DNA of 64,000 nt from Candidatus Saccharimonadales bacterium (GTDB lineage: Bacteria; Chloroflexota; Dormibacteria; Aeolococcales; Aeolococcaceae), in the NCBI GenBank assembly GCA_035532495.1, contig DATKQX010000052.1, positions 9,143-73,142 of the forward strand. Direction: 5' to 3'. Numbering within the stretch: the stretch's first letter is position 1; each line of letters starts with the position of its first letter. Of the stretch, positions 60,353-64,000 are shown one piece after another. The translations under genes were made by a program, and so were the position numbers. The notes under the pieces are model-generated. The model was not told where the DNA came from. It ran no database searches and saw only the letters and a program-made list of their open reading frames with translations.

Positions 60353-62152
60353 GTGGATGAGCTGTTGATCAGGTTGCTGGAAGCGCGTAGCGCCGTCATC
60401 GCCGATGTCTCGGCCGACGGCGCCGAATTGCTCGTTCGGTGGGATGACACGGGCAGCATGCAGATCTACCGGCTGCCGGTCGCCGGTGGCGAGCTGAACC
60501 AGGTGACATTCCTCACTGAGCCGATATCGGCGGCGCGCTACATCGGCCGGACGGACGCCGCCGTGGTGGCCGTTGACCACGGCGGCGACGAGAACTATCA
60601 GCTGTGGCGTCTCGACCTGCGCAGCGGAGACCTCAGCGAGCTCGTTGTTGAACCGGGTGTGAAACATGACCTCGGCGACGTCAGCCGTGACGGAGAGAGC
60701 GTCGCTTTCGCATCCACGCGTCGCAACGGGGTGGATTTCGACGTCCACATACTCGACCTCGCGACTGGGGCGAGTCGCATCGTGCTGGAGGGCGGCGCCA
60801 ATATGGTTGAGTCGTTCTCCCCTGACGGAAGGTGGCTGACCGTCTTCCGTCTCGACGGCGAGGTGGCGTTGAGCGGCGACCTGCTGCTCATCGACCTGCA
60901 CGCCGGCGATGTGCGCACCGTTGTCGAGCGGACCGGGGCCGGCACGGCACATGCGACGTCGTGGTATCCCGACTCGTCGAGTTTCCTCTTCAGCACGGAT
61001 GCAGGACGCGACACAGCGGCGATCGCGCGCTACACCATCAAGGATGCGTCGTGGGCGTACGTCCTCGAGGGCGCGTGGGACAGCGAGGCAAGCCTGAGTG
61101 GCGACGGCCGCACGGCACTCGTCGTCCATGCCGAAGACGCGGTGACGCGGCTCCAACTCCATGACGCCGAATCGTTTGCGCTGACGCGCCACCTGTCGCT
61201 GCCCGATGTCGGCGCGGGGTTTGCGATACCGCTGGTCCCGCGGCCGTCACTGTCGCATGACGGAGCGACTGCGTTGCTGACGTTCACCTCGACGGGGAAC
61301 CCGCTGACGCCGTGGCGCATCGACACCGCGGGAACCGCGGCGCCGTCGCGGCTCATCCCGGACTCCGGCGTGGTGACACCAGAGCTTGGGGTCACACCGG
61401 AACTGCATCGCGTCGCATCCTTCGACGGCGAGCAGTTCACGTATTTCCTGTATCGCCCCACGACGGCGAACCCGCCGGCCGTCGTCCTGGTGCATGGTGG
61501 TCCGGAGGCTCGCTTCGTACCCCGCTACGACCCGTTCATCATCCGGCTCGTGGCAGCCGGCATCGCCGTGGTCGCGCCCAACGTGCGCGGATCCGCGGGG
61601 TGGGGCCGTCGCTTCACGTCACTCGATGATCGCCGCCTACGACTCAACTCGGTGCGCGACCTCAGCTCGCTGCACGGGTCGCTTGCCGCGCGCGGCATCG
61701 ATGCCACCCGCGTCGCCGTCATCGGTGCTTCCTACGGCGGCTACATGACGCTTGCAGCACTCGCGTTCTCCCCCGAGCTGTGGGCGGCGGGTATCGCCAC
61801 CGTCGGCATCAGCAGCCTGGTGACGTTCCTCGAGAACACCTCACCGTACAGACGCCGGTTCCGCGAGGTGGAGTACGGGTTCCTCGACACCGACCGCGAC
61901 TTCCTCATCGAGGCGTCGCCGATCACGCGCGTCGGCGACATGTGCGCGCCGCTGATGCTGGTGCACGGCGCCAACGACCCGCGCGTTCCTGTCGGCGAGG
62001 CGCGTCAGTTGCATGCGTTGCTCCGTGCGCGCGGCGTCGAGAGCGAACTGCTGATCTACGACGATGAGGGCCACGGACTCGCGAAACGGGTCAATCGTCT
62101 CGACGCCTATCCCCGGATGTTCGACTTCTTGCTCCGCCACCTCGGCGTCTAG
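60353..62152 (+). CDS. S9-family serine peptidase (prolyl oligopeptidase/acylaminoacyl peptidase type)
   Basis: GTG 60353 follows GAGGA, within ORF 59954... N-terminal beta-propeller-like repeats. Catalytic region GASYGGY, with later GANDPRV and DEGHG. Confidence 0.85.
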   Translation: MDELLIRLLEARSAVIADVSADGAELLVRWDDTGSMQIYRLPVAGGELNQVTFLTEPISAARYIGRTDAAVVAVDHGGDENYQLWRLDLRSGDLSELVVEPGVKHDLGDVSRDGESVAFASTRRNGVDFDVHILDLATGASRIVLEGGANMVESFSPDGRWLTVFRLDGEVALSGDLLLIDLHAGDVRTVVERTGAGTAHATSWYPDSSSFLFSTDAGRDTAAIARYTIKDASWAYVLEGAWDSEASLSGDGRTALVVHAEDAVTRLQLHDAESFALTRHLSLPDVGAGFAIPLVPRPSLSHDGATALLTFTSTGNPLTPWRIDTAGTAAPSRLIPDSGVVTPELGVTPELHRVASFDGEQFTYFLYRPTTANPPAVVLVHGGPEARFVPRYDPFIIRLVAAGIAVVAPNVRGSAGWGRRFTSLDDRRLRLNSVRDLSSLHGSLAARGIDATRVAVIGASYGGYMTLAALAFSPELWAAGIATVGISSLVTFLENTSPYRRRFREVEYGFLDTDRDFLIEASPITRVGDMCAPLMLVHGANDPRVPVGEARQLHALLRARGVESELLIYDDEGHGLAKRVNRLDAYPRMFDFLLRHLGV

Positions 62153-62157
62153 CTTCG

Positions 62158-62871
62158 TCAGACGGGGAATTCGCGACCGAGGAATGCGGACGTCTCATCC
62201 CAGGCACGAGCTGCCGCCTCGGGATGATGAAACATGTCGGCGTTATGGTTGTCGAACGCGTGGTTTGCGCCGCTGTGCACATGGAATTCCGTGTGCGGGC
62301 GCCCCTCGAACGCGAGCTTGACCGCTTCGCGTTGTTCGGCGCTGATGTACCCGTCCGCATCACCGAACTCGAAGAGCATCGGGCAGTGCACGCTGTCCGC
62401 CCTGTCGAGCGCGTCGGGGATGGCTGAGCCGTAGTAGCAGACAGCGACGTCCGGGTCCGAGTCGGCGGCGACGAAGTAGGCGATGCCACCACCGAGACAG
62501 AAACCGATGATGCCGGCGCGGCCGTCGCTCACCTCGGGCAGCCTTCGCAGGTGCGCAAGCGCGTCCGCCGCGTCTCGAACTGCCTGCGGGACGTCGAGGC
62601 GCTGCATCATCCCGAAGGCCTGGGGTAGCGAGTCCGGCTGGCGCTCATCGAGCGCGACGTCCGGTTCGATCCGCGAATACAGAGCAGGCGCGAGCGCCAC
62701 ATACCCGAGCTCGCTGAGCCGGGCACAGACACCCTTGATGTAATCCGTCAGGCCGAAGATCTCCTGGATCACGATCATCCCGGGGCCTTTGCCGCTATCG
62801 GGGACCGCCAGATACCCGGCGAACTCATGACCGTCGCCGGCGTGAATGCGTTCCTCGCGAACCTGCGCCAT
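62158..62871 (-). CDS. dienelactone hydrolase family protein
   Basis: GMIVIQEIFG, nucleophile region GFCLGG, C-terminal ANHAF. Start is ATG 62871 or 62886. Confidence 0.8.
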   Translation of the reverse strand: MAQVREERIHAGDGHEFAGYLAVPDSGKGPGMIVIQEIFGLTDYIKGVCARLSELGYVALAPALYSRIEPDVALDERQPDSLPQAFGMMQRLDVPQAVRDAADALAHLRRLPEVSDGRAGIIGFCLGGGIAYFVAADSDPDVAVCYYGSAIPDALDRADSVHCPMLFEFGDADGYISAEQREAVKLAFEGRPHTEFHVHSGANHAFDNHNADMFHHPEAAARAWDETSAFLGREFPV

Positions 62872-62914
62872 CGCGGCAGCATACATCGCTGAGGATTGGC
62901 GGCCCTGAGGCCTG

Positions 62915-64000
62915 CTACGTCCCCTTCTCGCGCGGCACCGGGTCACTCACGATGCCGTCTCGATCGATGCCGCCGATCTCATCTCCGAGGCGCGGCAGGC
63001 TGTCTTCGCTGATCTTCCCGCGCGCATGCGTGGTCAGCGGCGCCTCTCCCTGCTGCGATCGATATGCGGCGCCGAGCACGATGTTGGCGATCGCCGCGAT
63101 CGGCACGCCGAAGAGCGCGCCAAGGATGCCCCCGACATCAGCGCCGACGAGCAACGCGGCCATAGCGACGAGCGGATGCAGCCGTGTGACACGACCGCTG
63201 ATCCTCGGCCCCACCACATACGCTTCAAGGGCGTGGCCGAGCAGACCAACGGCGGCGGCTTCGATCCCGAGTTGCGGGCTCTGCAGCAGCGCAACGACGA
63301 CTGCGAGGGTCATGGCAATGACCGCACCGACCATTGGCACGAGCTCGAGAACCGCCGCGGCCACGCCCAGCACGATGGCGTAGTGGACGCCAAGGAGCGC
63401 CATGGCGGCGGTCGTGTACACGCCGATGAGCAACGACATGATCACCTGCCCGCGCACATACGCCTCCGCGGTTGATCCGACCGCAAGCGCCATGAAGTCG
63501 AAGAGGCGCGTGTGCCCGGGGAACAGCTTGCGTAGCGTGGCGATGACGGCGCGACCCTCGATGAGGAGGTAGATGGAGATGACGATGACCAGCACCACGC
63601 TGACGATCGAACCGACCACGCCCGTCACGAGTCCGAGCTGGGACGTCAGGCTGAATCCCTTGAAGCTGTTGAACACCGCAGCGATGTTGACCGGCACACC
63701 CCACTGGTTCAACTGCGTCTGCAAGTGCGTGCCGAGCTCCGGCAGCTGCCTGCCCTGGGCGATGAGCGTCGGCCCGACGAGGAACCCGACGCCGACGAGC
63801 AGGGCGAGGAAGATCGCATACAGGAGCAGCGCCGCCGGCCCGCGATGCGATCGGAACGGCCGTGTGCGTTCCGCGAGGTCGAGGACCGGGGTCAGGACGA
63901 CGGCGACGATCGACGCGAAGACGAAGAGCAGCGCAACGCTGAAAACATGGCTGACGAAGGTCTCCGCTTCACGGAAGATCGCCAGCACGCCCGCAACCAG
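62915..64000 (-). CDS. AI-2E (PerM/UPF0118) family transporter, N-terminus outside window
   Basis: ORF 62915..63988, with the frame open to the window edge. Polytopic membrane protein with LELVPMVGAVIA and the C-terminal pattern typical of the AI-2E family. Confidence 0.75.
   Translation of the reverse strand: MVAGVLAIFREAETFVSHVFSVALLFVFASIVAVVLTPVLDLAERTRPFRSHRGPAALLLYAIFLALLVGVGFLVGPTLIAQGRQLPELGTHLQTQLNQWGVPVNIAAVFNSFKGFSLTSQLGLVTGVVGSIVSVVLVIVISIYLLIEGRAVIATLRKLFPGHTRLFDFMALAVGSTAEAYVRGQVIMSLLIGVYTTAAMALLGVHYAIVLGVAAAVLELVPMVGAVIAMTLAVVVALLQSPQLGIEAAAVGLLGHALEAYVVGPRISGRVTRLHPLVAMAALLVGADVGGILGALFGVPIAAIANIVLGAAYRSQQGEAPLTTHARGKISEDSLPRLGDEIGGIDRDGIVSDPVPREKGT

Noticed and set aside
1-64000. 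Searched for CRISPR arrays, tRNA/rRNA genes, IS elements, integrases, toxin-antitoxin pairs and phage-defence genes
   Set aside because: I saw no repeat-spacer arrays, no T-loop/acceptor-like tRNA sequences in the larger spacers, and no transposase, integrase, nuclease or helicase signatures in any ORF. A by-eye scan cannot exclude short ncRNAs.

Overview
High-GC, densely packed chromosomal segment of actinobacterial type. GTG/TTG starts are frequent, there are many 4-nt ATGA/GTGA start-stop overlaps, and lipobox lipoproteins and F420/mycothiol-type enzyme families are present. I call 67 protein-coding genes (two partial at the window edges), one decayed gene relic, two terminator-like hairpins, one structured 5' leader, one small tandem repeat and four candidate operators. 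I recognised no rRNA, tRNA, CRISPR array, transposase, integrase or phage gene. Gene blocks, in order: sugar uptake (CUT1-type ABC system, mgsA, aldose epimerase); neutral-lipid genes (WS/DGAT, alpha/beta hydrolase, acyl-CoA synthetase, acyl-ACP thioesterase); two large c-di-GMP turnover proteins flanking an HxlR/ABC-2 exporter operon; an operon of an S1P-lyase-like PLP enzyme, an FGGY kinase and an MFS transporter; an orphan LigD polymerase domain; a cold-shock gene with a strongly structured leader; an OmpR/HK two-component pair; a transketolase-family gene; a small stress/redox islet (thioredoxin, CsbD, MerR/HspR-like regulator, Zn-ribbon, hemerythrin); a Rieske-DUF2231/folE operon; a TetR-SDR unit next to a fused full-length ABC exporter; and S9 peptidase, dienelactone hydrolase and AI-2E genes. 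The best candidate for an undescribed system is at 30436..33275. It is a translationally coupled four-gene set: a single-pass membrane protein, a ferric-reductase-like membrane protein with four heme-ligand histidines but no dehydrogenase domain, a NuoF-like flavoprotein with a non-canonical Fe-S motif, and a 3-Cys ferredoxin. I read it as a split transmembrane NAD(P)H electron-export module. Second-tier items are a shared TGATA-N7-TATCA palindrome upstream of the MerR-like operon and csbD, an EamA transporter whose first TM helix lies upstream of any canonical start codon (possible CTG start in a CTGA overlap), and the SPL-like/FGGY/MFS operon. All functional calls rest on motif recognition by eye. 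No database search was run.
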